64,000 nt of DNA from Squalus acanthias (GCA_030390025.1 CM059432.1:88910001-88974000), one strand, 5' to 3'. Positions 20,340 to 34,510 are shown, numbered from the stretch's first letter. Notes: generated by a model from the letters alone, not told the origin. Numbers and translations are program-made.

Positions 20340-21805
20340 GGACTGGAGTTTCTGCTCGATTGCGCTGGTTTTTTCGGCGCTATTCATCCGATATCTGTGC
20401 AAAAGATCACGGAATGCTAAGTGCAAATTGTGTTCAGCACAAATGGAGTTTCTGCGGTCTTTTGCACTAGTTTGAAAAGCTTTGCGCTAGAAACCAGCCC
20501 CGCCCACAAAACTGGCCATGGCCCCAGGATGAATTAATTACCATTAGGAGTTTCCGCTAATTGTGCTCGTTTGCAGGCCTTCACGGAGGCTCCAAAATTA
20601 AGCTGGATTTTTTTGGGGAGCAAGGACACTAATAGGTACATTTTGACAGGTTTTTAATTATTTTTTTTAATTTACTAATGAACTGACTAATCTAAGGTAC
20701 TAAGGTACCCCAATCTAACTAGAAAATAATTTTGTATATCTTTTAAAAGTAATTTTCAGTGATTTAAAAAGGGGTTACTCACTGGATTGACACTGTGATG
20801 TAAAATGCATATTTTTTGTGATAAACCCATTTCCAGCTGTATTAATCAAACTTCACCAAGTTACCACTCTAAATATATCACGGATTCTTTTTTAAAGCAA
20901 CATTTTTTTTTAAATTATGTTTTAAAATGCCGCCTGATTACGCTGGTTCATGGCAGATATTGGGCTGGATTTTCCGATCGGAGGCCTCCGATTGGAAAAA
21001 ATCTACGAACTTACCTGCTGGCTCCATAGGTCCCGAGACTTGCGATCCTGGGCCTCTGCTCTCTGAAATGTGCAGAGGCCCAGGTATCTCAGGGGTGCAT
21101 ACAGTTCGCAAGCGTCCCTGGGATCACGTGGGCCATGGGGACCCAATCAAAGAAGGGAATCCCCCTTCACACTTTTGACAGGTCTCTATGCATGGATCTG
21201 TCAAAAGTATGAATGGGGATCACTTAAAAAACACAGTAAAACATTAAAAAAAATTTTTCTAAATCACGTATTTAAAATTAGTTAAAATTACATTAAATTA
21301 AATATTTTAAACAAAAATTTAATTTTTTGAAAAAAATAATTAAAGTTTTTTACAGGGCTAAAAATAAAGTATTTTTAAATTATAAATGAGTGAGAATTTT
21401 TTTTTTTAAATTCTTATGCTGGTAAAAGCTGGCCTTACTCCTGCTTTTACCAGGCGTAAGATTTTTTAAGGTTTTCAGTGGGCGGAAGTTGTGCAGAAAG
21501 CGGAACTCTCCACCCGCGGAGGCCCATCCCCCGGGCAGGCGGATGATCTGTCAAGAGAATTCTTGACAGATTGGAAGTGCCGGTTTTCAGCGCATGCGCT
21601 TTGCATGCCTAAACCCGGCACTTGCGAGGCTCCAACGGGTGTGTACACAGCTCGTACGCACCCGTGGGGGTCGGAAAATCCGGCCCGTTGTGTTCGATGA
21701 TATGCAAATGAGTTTGAGCTGAAACTCGGGGGAAAAAACACTTTTCAAAATAGGTGCAATTTTGAGCGCAATTTGCCGATCGTGCCCAAAGTGGAAACTC
21801 TACCC
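20340..21805. mobile_element. Harbinger-type MITE with a nested MITE
   Basis: Ends GGACTGGAGTTTC / GAAACTCTACCC; TSD TTA on both sides. Confidence 0.7.
20962..21686. mobile_element. Harbinger MITE (family D)
   Basis: 16-bp TIR GGGCTGGATTTTCCGA / TCGGAAAATCCGGCCC; flanks ATT / GTT. Confidence 0.8.
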
Positions 21806-22717
21806 TTATGTCCATTGTCATATAGAAGAAATTGGATATTGCAACTATTCTGTTCACTTTGCATATCTGATGTTTGCTAAGTGCAGCGACAACATACAGG
21901 GCTGTACTATGCATCCAAATTAGCTCGTACCAGTAACTGTGCCGAAGAAAGTTGGAGATGTACCTGTCTAGATTCTCTCTCACAAATAAAAATGCTACCT
22001 CTTTTCTTCTATAGTCATCCACACCATAGCTTTGGAAACATGGCTTTTTTCAACATTCAGTTTCATTTTAGATTAGTTCTCTCGTCAGCGACACTGTAGA
22101 TTAGTTCTATCATCAGCCACATTTGAGGTTAATAGTAATTAAACTTCCTGCAGCTAAATGACCTGCAGTACTTACAGGCATGAGCCTTTTCATTGACATA
22201 AACCTCAAGTATAAGTTCAAACAAAATGCCTTGATAATGGCAAAACCCTTGATTTAGGTTTAATCTGTAATCTTCTTTCTTTGTGTCATTAGTATAACTT
22301 TATCGATGAAGTAGGCATTAACAAAATGCAATCCATTAAATGCTTTGAAAGAATGGTCTCTTTTTTTTTAAAGTCACATAATACGATAGCAAAGCTTTGT
22401 GCATAACTGTGGCCTTCAGAAATTACTGCTTTACAAAAGGAGCTTTACTAAACAATGGCTGTTATTTTCTACTTGGTCAGCGGTAGTGGATTTTCCAATG
22501 GAGAGCTCACTGCTGCTTAATCCACAAGTTTTTCTGTTGTGGCATGATTTTTTTTTGAAGCTCATTAATTTCCAGTTTTTTCTGTCAGGAATTTTTCCAA
22601 GAAAATTGAAATGAGAGCCTGTCTGAAATCCTGTTCCACTAAGGACTAGAGATCTGATCCTGGAAAGTACCGAGGAATGTTACTGTACGAATGCTTAACA
22701 GGTTAACCGGTTAAGCA

Positions 22718-23131
22718 GCGCCTCGATTTCAAAATTCTCATCCTTGTTTTCAAATCCCTCCATGGCTTCGCCTCTCCCTGTCTCTCTAATTTCCTTCAGC
22801 CCACAACCCCCCAAGATATCTGCGCTCCTCTAATTCTGCCCTCTTGAGCATCCCTGATTATAATCGCTCAACCATCGGTGGCCGTGCCTTCTCTTGCCTA
22901 GGCCCTAAGCTCTGGAATTCCCTGCCTAAACCTCTCCGCCTCTCTACCTCGCATTCCTCCTTTAAGATGCTCCTTAAAACCTATCTCTTTGACCAAGCTT
23001 TTGGTCATCTGCCCTAATTTCTCCTTATGTGGCTCGGTGTCAAATTTTTGCCTTATAATATTCCTGTGAAGCGCCTTGGGATGTTTTACTACGTTAAAGG
23101 CGCTATATAAATACAAGTTGTTGTTGTTGTT
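22718..23131 (+). mobile_element. L2-type LINE 3' end
   Basis: FKILILVFKSLHG...GGRAFSCLGPKLWNSLP...LKTYLF; tail GGCGCTATATAAATACAAG(TTG)n. Confidence 0.85.
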
Positions 23132-23437
23132 TGCATTAAATTTCTCACCCCGTTATTTTATTGGAAACAGAATGGAATTTTAAAATAGCAAAAAGGATTT
23201 TGATATATTAACCATCCATACGATAATATTCCTCACAGTAATTCTCAGGTTTTTATCCTGTAAAAGCTGTAAGGTTATTAAATGAAGTTTCCAAAGCTTG
23301 GAGAATGCCACTTTACAATTAGTTTTGAACAATGGTCTCATTGCCCAACTCCCCCACCCCCACCCCCCCCACCACCACCCCACCCCCGCCCCACCTCGTC
23401 CCCCAGCTCTAATTTTAGCTATCTTATCACTTGTGGC

Positions 23438-24395
23438 AGAGTCATAAAATCATAACGGCACAGAAGGAGGCCATTCGGCCCATCAAGTCCGTGCCAGCTC
23501 TGTGTGGAGCGATCCAGTCAGTCCCATTCCCCCGCTCTATCCCCGTAGCCCTGCAAGTTTATTTCCCTCAAGTGCCTATCCAGTCTCCTCTTGAAAACAT
23601 TGAGTGTCTCCGCTTCCACCACTTCCATTGGCAGCAAGTTCCAGGTCCTCACCACTCATTGCGTAAAAAAGTTTTTCCCTCGCATCCCCCCTGTATCTCT
23701 TGCCCAAAACCTTAAATCTGTGTCCCCTAGTCCTTGTACCATCAACTAGTGGGAACAGCCTTTCCTCGTCTAGCCTATCCAAACCCATCATAATCTTGTA
23801 CACCTCTATCAAGTCACCCCTCAACCTCCTTTGCTCTAATGAAAACAAATCCAGCTTCCCAACCTGTCCTTACAACTAAAATCCCCCATCCCCGGAACCA
23901 TTCTGGTAAATCTCCTCTGCACCCTCTCAAGGGCCTTCACATCCTTCCTAAAGTGTGGTGACCAGGACTGGACGCAATACTCCAGTTGTGGCCTAACCAG
24001 CGCTTTATAAAGGTTCAGCATAACTTCACTACTTTTGTACTCAATACCTCTATATATGAAGCCCATGATCCCATATGCTCCCATATGTCTACCATCCTCC
24101 AGTCTGAAAAACAGCCATTTACCACAACTCGCTGTTTTCTGTCCTTAAGCCAATTCCGTATCCAAGCTGCCACTGACCCACATATTCCATGACCCTCAAT
24201 TTTGTTAACCAGCCTTCTATGTGGTACTTTGTCAAAAGCCTTCCTAAAATCCATGTAGATTGCATTCCCTTCATCAATCCTCCCTGTTACTTCATCAAAA
24301 TATTCAATTAGATTAGTCAAACATGATCTGTCCTTTACAAATCCATGTTGGCTCTCCTTAATTAGCTTAAACCTCTCCAAGTGCCTGTTAATTTT
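23438..24395 (-). mobile_element. CR1 LINE 3' fragment with internal deletion
   Basis: SQHGFVKDRSCLTNL, YMDFRKAFDKVPH, LYKALVRPQLEYC, RRLRGDLIEVYKI. Confidence 0.9.
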
Positions 24396-24427
24396 TAGGA
24401 AAACATTTCAAACCATGCATTAGGTCA

Positions 24428-24851
24428 CAAAGAAAGAACCTGCATTTATATAACACTTTATCACATCTCCAAGTACTTTACAATCAATGGATTGCATTTA
24501 AAGTTAGTTAATGTTGTTATGTAGGCAAATGTGGCATAAATTTGTACAAGGTCCCACAAGCAGCAAGTGAGGTGAATGACTAGTTTAATCTGTTTCTCGG
24601 TAGTGTTGGGTAAGGGAGGAATTTTAGCCAGGACATCTCACTGCTTTTCTTCTAATGGTGCTGTGGGATCATTTACATCCACCTAAACATGCGGACAGGG
24701 CCTCCGTTTAACTCCTCACCAGAAAGACAGCACCTCCGGCCACACAGCACTCCCTGAGTACTGCACTGAAATGCCAACCTAGATTACATGTTCAAGCTTG
24801 AACCCCGAATGGTCTGACTCAGAGGCAATAGCCCTATCAGCTGAGCCAAGG
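24428..24851 (-). mobile_element. tRNA-SINE (Deu/SacSINE-like), nearly complete and diverged
   Basis: Minus-strand head CTTGGCTCAG...GGTTCAAG, Deu-like core and L2-type tail. Confidence 0.7.
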
Positions 24852-26299
24852 TGCAGTGTTCAAATTTGTATAGAATAAAACTTCTCTAAAATAGTTGATT
24901 TTTCAAAGTCTTCTTAACCTTTTACATATATCCTTCTATTGTATTCTGGTAAAAAATGCACCATTTTCCAATATTCCAAGCACAGGAGGTTAACATTCCA
25001 TTTCCTACAATGCGAAAAACAGCACTTGCACCATAATATTATTTATATTTTTGGTGACTTTTTTTGTTCATTAGAAAGGGCGAAAAGAACAACATTTAAG
25101 GTAAATTCTGTGCTGAATAACATGGCCCTGATTCTCCAAGCCAGCTTCTTTTGAAAGTGGCTCACTGCTGGAAATGCAGGATTGCTGAATTTACCTTTTT
25201 GTAACACACTCAAATTAGGTACAGCATTGACCAAACATAGAATAAAGACTCAAGAATATGTCACAGCAATAATCCCAGAAGAACATCGCTAAATGCGCAG
25301 TGTAAATTTCTCTCTTTTCAGCGTAGGCATTCTTACGGTTTACCTGAATAAGATTGCCAACTCAGTGATAAACTTTGCCAAATAATGAGCAGTTTTGTGC
25401 ATCCAATAGGAACTGGGCTGCGAGTGACAACCTATTTCACGTAGGACTGTCAGAGAGAATCTTTCATTTCATCAGTCTGATATAGTTTTGACCCCAGGTT
25501 CCAAAGGTGAATGAGTAATGTACTAATCCACTGCAATACTAAGTCCTCCAAAAGCACTATTTTAATATAATTTACATAAGGTCATTCCACCACTTTACAC
25601 TGCATTGAAACTTGAAATTATCATTTCAATATGAGGACACAACTCATACACATCTGGCTGACCACGTGCATTAATAGTGCAGTGTAGTATTCAGTGATTA
25701 ACGTAGACAATATTTTACAGTTCACAAAGGGAAAAATTAATAAAGGCATTATTTGTTAAATTTTTAGAGAACATGCATCTGATTTAAATATTTCAATTTT
25801 GTTGTTGTCTATGGAGTAGTCTTATCGTTATAGATTTTTTGTAATTCTTTGAATCAAAATGTATTATACATGTTTTCGGGATGTAGTGATAAATTCACTT
25901 AAGAACTCTCAAACAGGCCCTTGATGGGAAAAGCTCACTGATGCTAAGTTGACAGCTTTGGATTAATAAACTACAAGAGCCGGGAGTCCTCTTGTTCATA
26001 TCTACATACTGTAGTAGGTATGAGTGCTTCTTCCACACTAACCTTGCCATTTTTCATTAGAGTACTTGATTTACGTAGGGGGTAGGGGAGAGGTACTTGA
26101 GCTGGTTGAAGGAACATTGGTGTGAACATTTGAATGGCTAACATCCTCAGCATCTACAAGGTTGCCATGGGAGCATAATGTGTCTTTATTTAAAAACTGG
26201 AAAAAGGTACAGGAGCTTAGTTATGCTTTGCAACTAAGTTAGTTAAATCCCACAAACGAATGGTTTATCATGACATGCCACATATATTTTTTAGTTAAT

Positions 26300-26701
26300 G
26301 GCCCGGATTTTCCAGGGCCTATGACAGCGTAAGCACAGTTTAATTTGAAATTGTATTTTAATTAATTTTTAACTTGTGATGATTTATTTTTATTTAAGTG
26401 GGGTGAAAGTGTGTTTTTTTAGGTGATTTCTTTTATGCGTATGGGGATTCCGTACGTAAATGGAATCCCCATAAGCATAATGGGAATCCCCCTTTGTGAT
26501 TGGTTGGGCTGGCCCACATGATCCCAGGGATGCTTGCGAACCGCATGTGGCCCTGGGATACGTGGGCCTTTACACAGGCGTACTCCTGCAGGCCCAGGAG
26601 CACAAGTCTTCGAAGGTATGGAGGCACCAGGTAGGTGCGGACTTTTCTTGCAGTTCGGAGCCATTCGCCCGTGGGAAGCCTCCGACCGCAATATCCAGCC
26701 C
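26300..26701 (-). mobile_element. Shorter relative of MITE family D
   Basis: TIR GGCCCGGATTTT / AATATCCAGCCC; internal sequence matches the reverse complement of about 20962-21250. Confidence 0.75.
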
Positions 26702-27180
26702 ATTATCTCTTGATACACAGCACATGTTTAAGTGAAACTGATTAAAGTACTAAAAGAAGTGAAGAAATTTTGTAACATTTTTATATCAAATGATTTATTA
26801 CATTCTAATAAGTATCAGCTCCAAAGATTATCAGGCCACCTTAAACTCAATAAACTTATCAAAAACTCACAAAATGCTTCTGCTAAGATTTCAGGTTACA
26901 AACTTATATTACAACTACAGTGCTAATCAACCAGTCTAAATCAAACAGCATGGGGGTTCAAAATTCAAAATTCCTCAAAATTGAAACCAAGTTTTACAAC
27001 AGCTAGTTTACAACAACAAGTACACTACAGTCATATGCTGCCACCTCAGTGATCCTATGCTATTTTGATAGTACTATACTCAGTGCTCCTCTGTATTTTT
27101 CTCTCTTGTTCCTTCTAAGCATTCTACATTCTCGTCCTCCTGCCTACGTCCTTACTGTGTTAAATGGTGACTCATTGCAC

Positions 27181-30100
27181 AGAGGGATGAGGTCCTGCAA
27201 CAAGAATTTAGGGAGCTAGGTAGCAGATCAAAAAGCAGGACCTCAAAGGTTGTAATCTCTGGATTACTCCTGGTGCCACGTGCTAGTGAGTATAGGAATA
27301 GGAGGATAGAGCAGATGAATGCGTGGCTAAAGAGTTGGTGCAGGAGGGAGGGCTTTAGTTTCCTGGATCACTGGGTCTGTTTCTGGGGAAGGTGGGACCT
27401 GTACAAGTCAGACGGGTTGCACCTGAACCGGAACGGGACCATCATCCTTGCGGGGAGGTTTGCTAGTGCTGTTGGGGGGGGTTTAAACTAACTTGGCTGG
27501 GGGATGGGATACGGAGTGGAGCTATAGTAGGGGGTGATGCACAGCCAAATATAGAGGAATAAACAAGTCAGTCTGGAAGGCAGAGCAAATATGTAACGGC
27601 ACAAGGGAGTATGGCAAGGCTGGATGGCATTTATTTTAATGCAAGGAGTCTTACGAGTAAGGCAGATGAATTGAAGGTGTTGATGAACACATGGGAGTAT
27701 GATATTGTTGCTATCACAGAGACATGGTTGAGGGAGGGCAGGACTGGCAGCTCAATATTCCGGGGTACAGAATCTTCAGGCGAGACAGAGGGGGGTGTAA
27801 AAGAGGAGGGGGTGTCGCAATATTAATCAAGGAGTCAATTACTGCTGTAAGGAGGGAAGATATCTTAGCAGGTTCCTCTAATGAGGCCATATGGGTAGAA
27901 CTTAAAAACAAAAAGGGGGCAAGCACTTTGCTGGGAGTGTACTATAGGCCCTCAAACATTCAGGGGAGATAGAGGAACAGATATGTAGGCAAATCTCAGA
28001 GAAGTGTAGAAATAATAGGGTAATAATAGTAGGGGATTTCAACTTCCCCAATAGTAACTGGGATAGTCAGAGTGTGAAAGGCTTAGAGGGTGCGGAATTC
28101 TTAAAGTGCATCCAGGAGAGCTTTTTGAGCCAGCATGTAGAAAGTCCTACAAGAGAGGGGGCGGTACTGGACCTAATTCTAGGGAATGTAGCCGGGCAAG
28201 TGGTAGATGTGTCAGTAGGAGAGCATTTTGGTGACAGTGACCATAATTCGGTGAGATTTAAGGTAGTCATGGAAAAGGACAAAGATGGACCGGAAATAAA
28301 GGTTCTAAATTGGGGGAAGGCCGATTTTAATATGATAAGGCAGGATCTGGCCAAAGTGGACTGGGATCAGCTACTTGTAGGAAAATCCACATCAGAGCAG
28401 TGGGAGTCTTTCAGAAAGGAAATGGAGAGAGTACAACGCCAACATGTTCCCGTAAAGGTCAAGGGTGGGACCAACATGCCCAGGGAACCCTGGATGTCAA
28501 GGGATATACAAGAATGGATTAGGAAAAAAAGGGAGGCTTTTGGCAGATACAAAGGGCTAAAAACAGTGGAAGCCCTAGAGGAGTATAGAAAGTGCAGGGG
28601 GATACTTAAAAAAGAAATTAGGAGAGCAAAGAGGGGGCATGAAAAATCACTGGCGGGCAAAATAAAGGAAAATCCCAAGGTGTTTTATAAGTATATTAAG
28701 GGCACGAGGATAACCAGGGAAAGAGTAGGGCCCATTAGGGACCAAAGTGGCAATCTGTGTGTAGAGCCGGAAGATGTAGGTGAGGTTTTAAATGAATATT
28801 TTGCATCTGTGTTCACTATGGAGAAGGACGATGTAGGCATAGAAATCAGGCAGGAGGATTGTGATATACTTGAACAAATTAGCATTGAGAGGGAGGAGGT
28901 ACTAGCGGTTTTAGCAGGCTTAAAAGTGGATAAATCCCCAGGCCCAGACGAGATGTATCCCAGGCTGCTGTGTGAGGCAAGGGAGGAGATTGCAGGGGCT
29001 CTGACACAAATTTTCAGATCCTCTCTGGCCATAGGGGAGCTGTCAGAGGACTGGAGGACAGCTAACGTAGTATCATTATTCAAGAAGGGTAGTAGGGTTA
29101 AACCAGGGAATTACAGGCCAGTGAGCGTAACATCAGTGGTAGGGAAATTATTGGAAAAAATTCTGAGGGACAGAATTAGTCTCCACTTGGAGAGGCAAGG
29201 ATTAATCAAGGATAGTCAGCATGGCTTTGTCAGGGGGAGATCATGTCTAACCAATTTGATTGAATTTTTCGAGGGGGTGACTCGGTGTGTGGATGAGGGT
29301 AGTGCAGTTGATGTAGTCTACATGGACTTCAGTAAGGCTTTTGACAAAGTCCCGCATGGGAGACTGGTCAAGAAGGTAAGAGCCCATGGGATCCAGGGCA
29401 ATTTGGCACATTGGATCCAAAATTGGCTTAGTGGCAGGAGGCAGAGGGTAATGGTCGAAGGTTGTTTTTGTGACTGGAAGCCTGTGTCCAGTGGTGTACC
29501 GCAGGGATCGGTGCTGGGTCCCTTGCTGTTTGTAGTGTACATTAATGATTTAGATATGAATGTAGGAGGTATGATCAGTAAGTTCGCAGATGACACGAAA
29601 ATTGGTGGAGCGGTAAATAGCGAGGAGGGAAGCCTCAGGCTACAGGACGATACAGACGGGTTGGTCAGATGGGCAGAACAGTGGCAAATGGAATTTAACC
29701 CTGAAAAGTGTGAGGTGATGCATTTTGGGAGGACTAACAAGGCAAGGGAATACACAATGAATGGTAGGACTCTAGGAAGGACAGAGGATCAGAGGGACCT
29801 TGGTGTGCATGTACATAGGACAGGTAGATAAGGTGGTTAAGAACGCATATGGGATACTTGCCTTCATTAGCCGAGGCATGGAATATAAGAGCAGGGAGGT
29901 TATGATGGAGCTGTACAAAACACTAGTTAGGCCACAGCTGGAATACTGTGTGCAGTTCTGGTCGCCACACGATAGGAAGTATGTGATTGCATTAGAGAAG
30001 GTGCAGAGGAGATTCACCAGGATGTTACCTGGGCTGGAGCGTTTCAGCTATGAAGAGAGACTGGACAGGCTGGGGTTGTTTTCCTTAGAGCAGAGAAGGC

Positions 30101-30485
30101 TGAGGGGGGACCTGATTGTGGTGTACAAAATTATGAGGGGCAAAGATAGGGTAGATAGAAAGGAACTTTTCCCCTTAGTAGAGGGGTCAATAACCAGGGG
30201 GCATAGTTTCAAGGTAAGGGGCAGGAGGTTTAGAGGGGTTTTGAGGAAAAACTTTTTCACCCAGAGGGTGGTTGGAATCTGGAACTCACTGCCTGAAAGG
30301 GTGGTAGAAGCAGGAACCCTCACAACATTCAAGAAGCATTTAGATGAGCACTTGAAATGCCATAGCATACAAGGCTATGGACCAAGTGCTGGAATGGGAT
30401 TGGAATAGATCGGGCTTGATGGCCGGTGCAGACATAATGGGCTGAAGGGCCTCTTTCTGTGCTGTATAACTCTATGACTCTATGA
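27181..30485 (+). mobile_element. CR1 LINE: ORF1 esterase C-terminus plus complete but frameshifted ORF2
   Basis: ORF1 SGNH motif LYKSDGLHLN. APE motifs NARSL, ITETWL, GDFN, SDH. RT motifs GVPQGSVLGP, KFADD. (CTATGACT)n tail. Confidence 0.95.
27611..30408 (+). pseudogene. CR1 ORF2 (APE endonuclease + RT), disrupted
   Basis: Split into ORFs 27611-27826, 27724-27972, 28074-29831 and 29800-30408. Confidence 0.9.
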
Positions 30486-30993
30486 ACATCCTACTCTAAC
30501 CTATTCTTTCCAAGGATCTGTAAACTGAGAAACTCTTCATTTCCCTCAATCTTTCCTTCCTTCTATAATCTTTAGGCTTTTAAAATGCAAGTTGGATGTC
30601 AACTAATCATTACTCCTCACTTATCTTGTCTTCTTTTCTTAATTTTTCGTGGTTTCCTGCAATATGAGGCCAGCCCTTCTCAATTTTGAAAAAAACTATA
30701 TAAATTGCATTATACCTAGAAAATAAACTATGGCCAATCATTCAAGTGCATGTCAGCTTGGCTCCGTGATAGCACTGCCATCTTTGAGACAGTATATTAT
30801 TGGTTTAACAACAACGACTATATTTTAAAAGTAATTAATAGGCTGTAAAGTGCTTTGGGATATCCTGAACATGTGAAAGGTGTGAAAGATTAGCTCTTTC
30901 TTAAACTGAAACTTAATGTTTAATGTCAAACCTTTAGCCCCTAATGCTCACAAATAATCAACTCTTGTCTAAAGGCAATTACTCACAATGCAA

Positions 30994-33168
30994 TAGCAAA
31001 ATACTGCGGATGCTGGAAATCTGAAATAACAACAGAAAACGCTGGAAAAACTCAGCAGGCCAGACAGCATCCGTGGAGAGAGAAACCGTGGAGACCGTTT
31101 CAGGTTGAAGACATTTTGTCAGAATTGGAAAAAAGCAGGAAATGGAATAGATTTTAAAGCAAGTTTAGGGGCTGGGAAAAGGGGGAGGGGATGAAAGAAC
31201 AAAAGGGAAGGTCAGTGATAGGATAGAAAGCAGAAGAGATTAAGAGACATTGAGGGACATTAAGTGATATTCAAGGCAAGAGGAGGTGGTAATGTGACAG
31301 GTTAAAGAACAAAGGATGGCTCTAGATGAAGTGTGAATTGCGCTGGCAGAATGAAGGACAGTTTCCAGTTTCCCAGCCCCAACTGTCTCCTTTTCACTAT
31401 GGACGTCCAATCCCTCTACACCTCCATCCCCCACCAGGATGGCCTGAGGGTGCTCCACTTCTTCCTTGAACAGAGACCCAACCAGTCCCCATCCACCACC
31501 AACCTCCTCCGCCTGGCTGAACTTGTTCTCACATCGAACAACTTCTCCTTTGACTCCACTCATTTCCTCCAAATCAAAGGTGTTGCTATGGGTACCCGCA
31601 TGGGTCCCAGCTATGCCTGCCTTTTCGTGGGATATGTGGAACACTCTTTGTTCCAGTCCTACTCAGGTCCTCTCCCTCACCTCTTTTTCTGGTACATTGA
31701 TGACTGTATCGGTGCCGTCTCCTGCTCTCGCCCTGAACTAGAAAATTTCATTCACTTTGCTTCCAATTTCCACCCTTCCCTCACCTTCACATGGTCCATC
31801 TCCGACTCTTCCCTTCCCTTCCTCGACTTCTCCGTCTCCATCTCTGGGGATAGGTTATTGACAAACATTCACTACAAGCCCACTGACTCCCATAGCTACC
31901 TGGACTACACTTCCTCCCACCCCGCCTCCTGTAAGGACTCTATTCCATTCTCCCAGTTTCTCCGTCTGACGATGCCACCTTCCATACCAGTGCTTCCGAC
32001 ATGTCTTCCTTTTTCCTCAACCGAGGATTCCCCTCTACTGTGGTTGACACGGCCCTCGACCGTGTCCGTTCTATCTCCCGCACTTCTGCCCTCACCCCTG
32101 CCCCTCCCTCCCGGAACCACGATACGGTTCCCCTTGTCCTTACCTTTCACCCCACCAGCCTCCACATTCAACGGATCATCCTCCGCCATTTCCGCCACCT
32201 CCAGCGTGATCCCACCAGCAAACGCATCTTCCCCTCGCCTCCCCTTTCAGCATTCCGTAGGGACCACTCCCTCCGTGACACCCTAATCCACTCCTCTATC
32301 ACCCCCAGCACTCCTTCCCCTTCGCCCGGCACCTTCCCGTGCAAGCGCAGGAGATGCAACACATGCCCTTATACCTCCCCCCTTCCCACTGTCCAGGGCC
32401 CCAAACACCCCTTCCAAGTGAAACAGTGATTTACTTGTACTTCTTGCAATTAAGTATACTGTATTCGCTGCTCACGATGTGGTCTCCTCTACATTGGGGA
32501 GACCAAACGCAGATTGGGTGACCGCTTTGCGGAACACCTCCGTTCAGTCCGTAAGGGTGACCCCGAGCTCCCGGTGGCCTGTCACTTTAATTCTCCGCTC
32601 CACTCCCACTCTGACCTCACTGTCCTTGGCCTCTTGTATTGTTCCATGGAAGCTCAGCGTAAGCTCGAGGAACAGCACCTCATCTTCTGATTAGGCACTT
32701 TACAGCCCTCTGGACTCAACATAGAGTTCAACAATTTCAGATCATAACCTCGGCCCCTATCACATATATATATATATATTTTTTTTTTATCCACACTTTT
32801 TGTTTGGCCCTTTTTTCTCTTCCCTCCCACATGGCAGCTGTCCTTCATTCTGCCAGCGCAATTCACACTTCATCTCGAGCCATCCTTTGTTCCTTAACCT
32901 GTCACATTACCACCTCCTCTTGCCTTGAATATCTCTTAATGTCTCTCAATGTATCTTAATCTCTCCTGCTTTCTATCCTATCACTGACCTTCCCTTTTGT
33001 TCTTTCATCCCCTCCCCCTTTTCCCAGCCCCTAAACTTGCTTTAAAATCTATTCCATTTCCTGCTTTTTTCCAGTTCTGACGAAAGGTCTTCGACCTGAA
33101 ACGTTAACTCTGTTTCTCTCTCCACGGATGCTGCCTGGCCTGCTGAGTTTTTCCAGCGTTTTCTGTTG
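30994..33168 (+). mobile_element. Penelope-like element 1 (Neptune-type), 5'-truncated, with inverted pseudo-LTR
   Basis: RT GVAMGT / WYIDD; Cys-rich linker and GIY-YIG (YCIRCSRCGLLYIGET). About 31027-31361 is the inverted copy of about 32838-33171. TSD TTACTCACAATGCAA. Confidence 0.92.
33073..33109 (+). ncRNA. Minimal type I hammerhead ribozyme
   Basis: AGTT-CTGACGA-A-AGGTC/GACCT-GAAA-CGTT-AACT: stem I AGTT/AACT, palindromic stem III AACGTT. Confidence 0.85.
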
Positions 33169-33309
33169 TTACTCACAATGCAAGTTGCATCAAGTGAGAC
33201 TCTTAAGCCTATTGTTCTAATCTGAATGGTTCTCATTTCATTTTGGGCAGAAACACCTCTCTGTTCACAGGTCCAATAGAGATCTGAAAACATGCAAAGA
33301 ATATAAATA

Positions 33310-34510
33310 CATGGGCTAATTAAAGGCATTTGTTAAAGGCAAGTTGTGTTTAATAAATTTAATAGAGTTTTTTGAAGAAGTAACCAATTCTACAGACAAA
33401 GGGCATTAGATGTACTGTGTATGGATTTTCAGAAGGTTCTTGCTAAGGAGCTTGTTGGATAAAATTCAGGTGTCTGGTATAAGAGGAAATGGACAGAACG
33501 ATGGTTAATAGACAGGAAACAAGGAGTTAGGGTAAATGGGTGTTGCTTGGATTACACAAGGGTTGGAAGTGATATACTCCAGGGGTCAGTGCTAGGTCCA
33601 CTTTTGTTCTTGATATGTATAGATTATTTGGATATAGACTCTCAAAATCTGGCAATAAAATAACAGTAGGAGGTTTGGCAAACAGAGATGAGCATTGTAA
33701 AAGGCTTCAGGCAGACATAGGTGGGTTAGCAGAATGGGCAGGCAGGAAGCAGATGCAATTTAATTTGGAGAAGTGTGAAGCAATGTAATTTGGAAGGAAA
33801 AACCAGGAATGGAAATATACAATCAACAGAAAGATACTGGAGGGTGTGGGTGATCAGAGAGGCCAAGGGGTTCAAATATATAATTCTTTGAAATGAGTGC
33901 AGGTCAATAAAGCCATAAAAAAGGCCATCAGCATTTTGGGTTTTATAAAAAGGAACATAGCTGAGAAAAGTAAAGAGTAATAATAAATTTGCACACAACT
34001 TTGGTTAGGCCACAGCTAAGAGTATGCAGTTTTGGGCATCCATTAGAGAAACAATATTAAAGCCATAGAGAGTGTACACCACAGATTCACCAGGATGATG
34101 CCAGGGATGGGAAAATATAGTTATGAGAAGACAGTTGAGATACTAGGAGCTTTTTAACTCGAGCAGAAATAGCTGAGAGGAGTTTTAAAATAAAATTTTA
34201 AAATTATGAAGAATTTTGGTAGAATAAATAGAGAAATACTATTTCCTTGGATTAGGGACCATCAGTTTAAAATTGTCACTAAAAAGAGCAAAGGGTTTGA
34301 GAGAAATGTGTTTACACAAAGGACCATGGAGTACTTTACCATACGGAAGGATTGAGGAAGAGACCATTCCACATTTTAAAGGAAAATTAGATAAATATTC
34401 AATGTAGAGGAAAATATATGGCTATGAGATTAGTTTGAATTTCTCTCGCAACGAGGTGCCATGGACTCAATGGGCCGAATGGGCTCCTTTTGTGCTGTAA
34501 ACTTCTATAG
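33310..34510 (+). mobile_element. Highly degenerate CR1 3' part
   Basis: Remnants of the HGF.KG..CL.NL, QGSVLGP and Q..FN.EKC segments and of the CR1 3' UTR. Confidence 0.75.
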
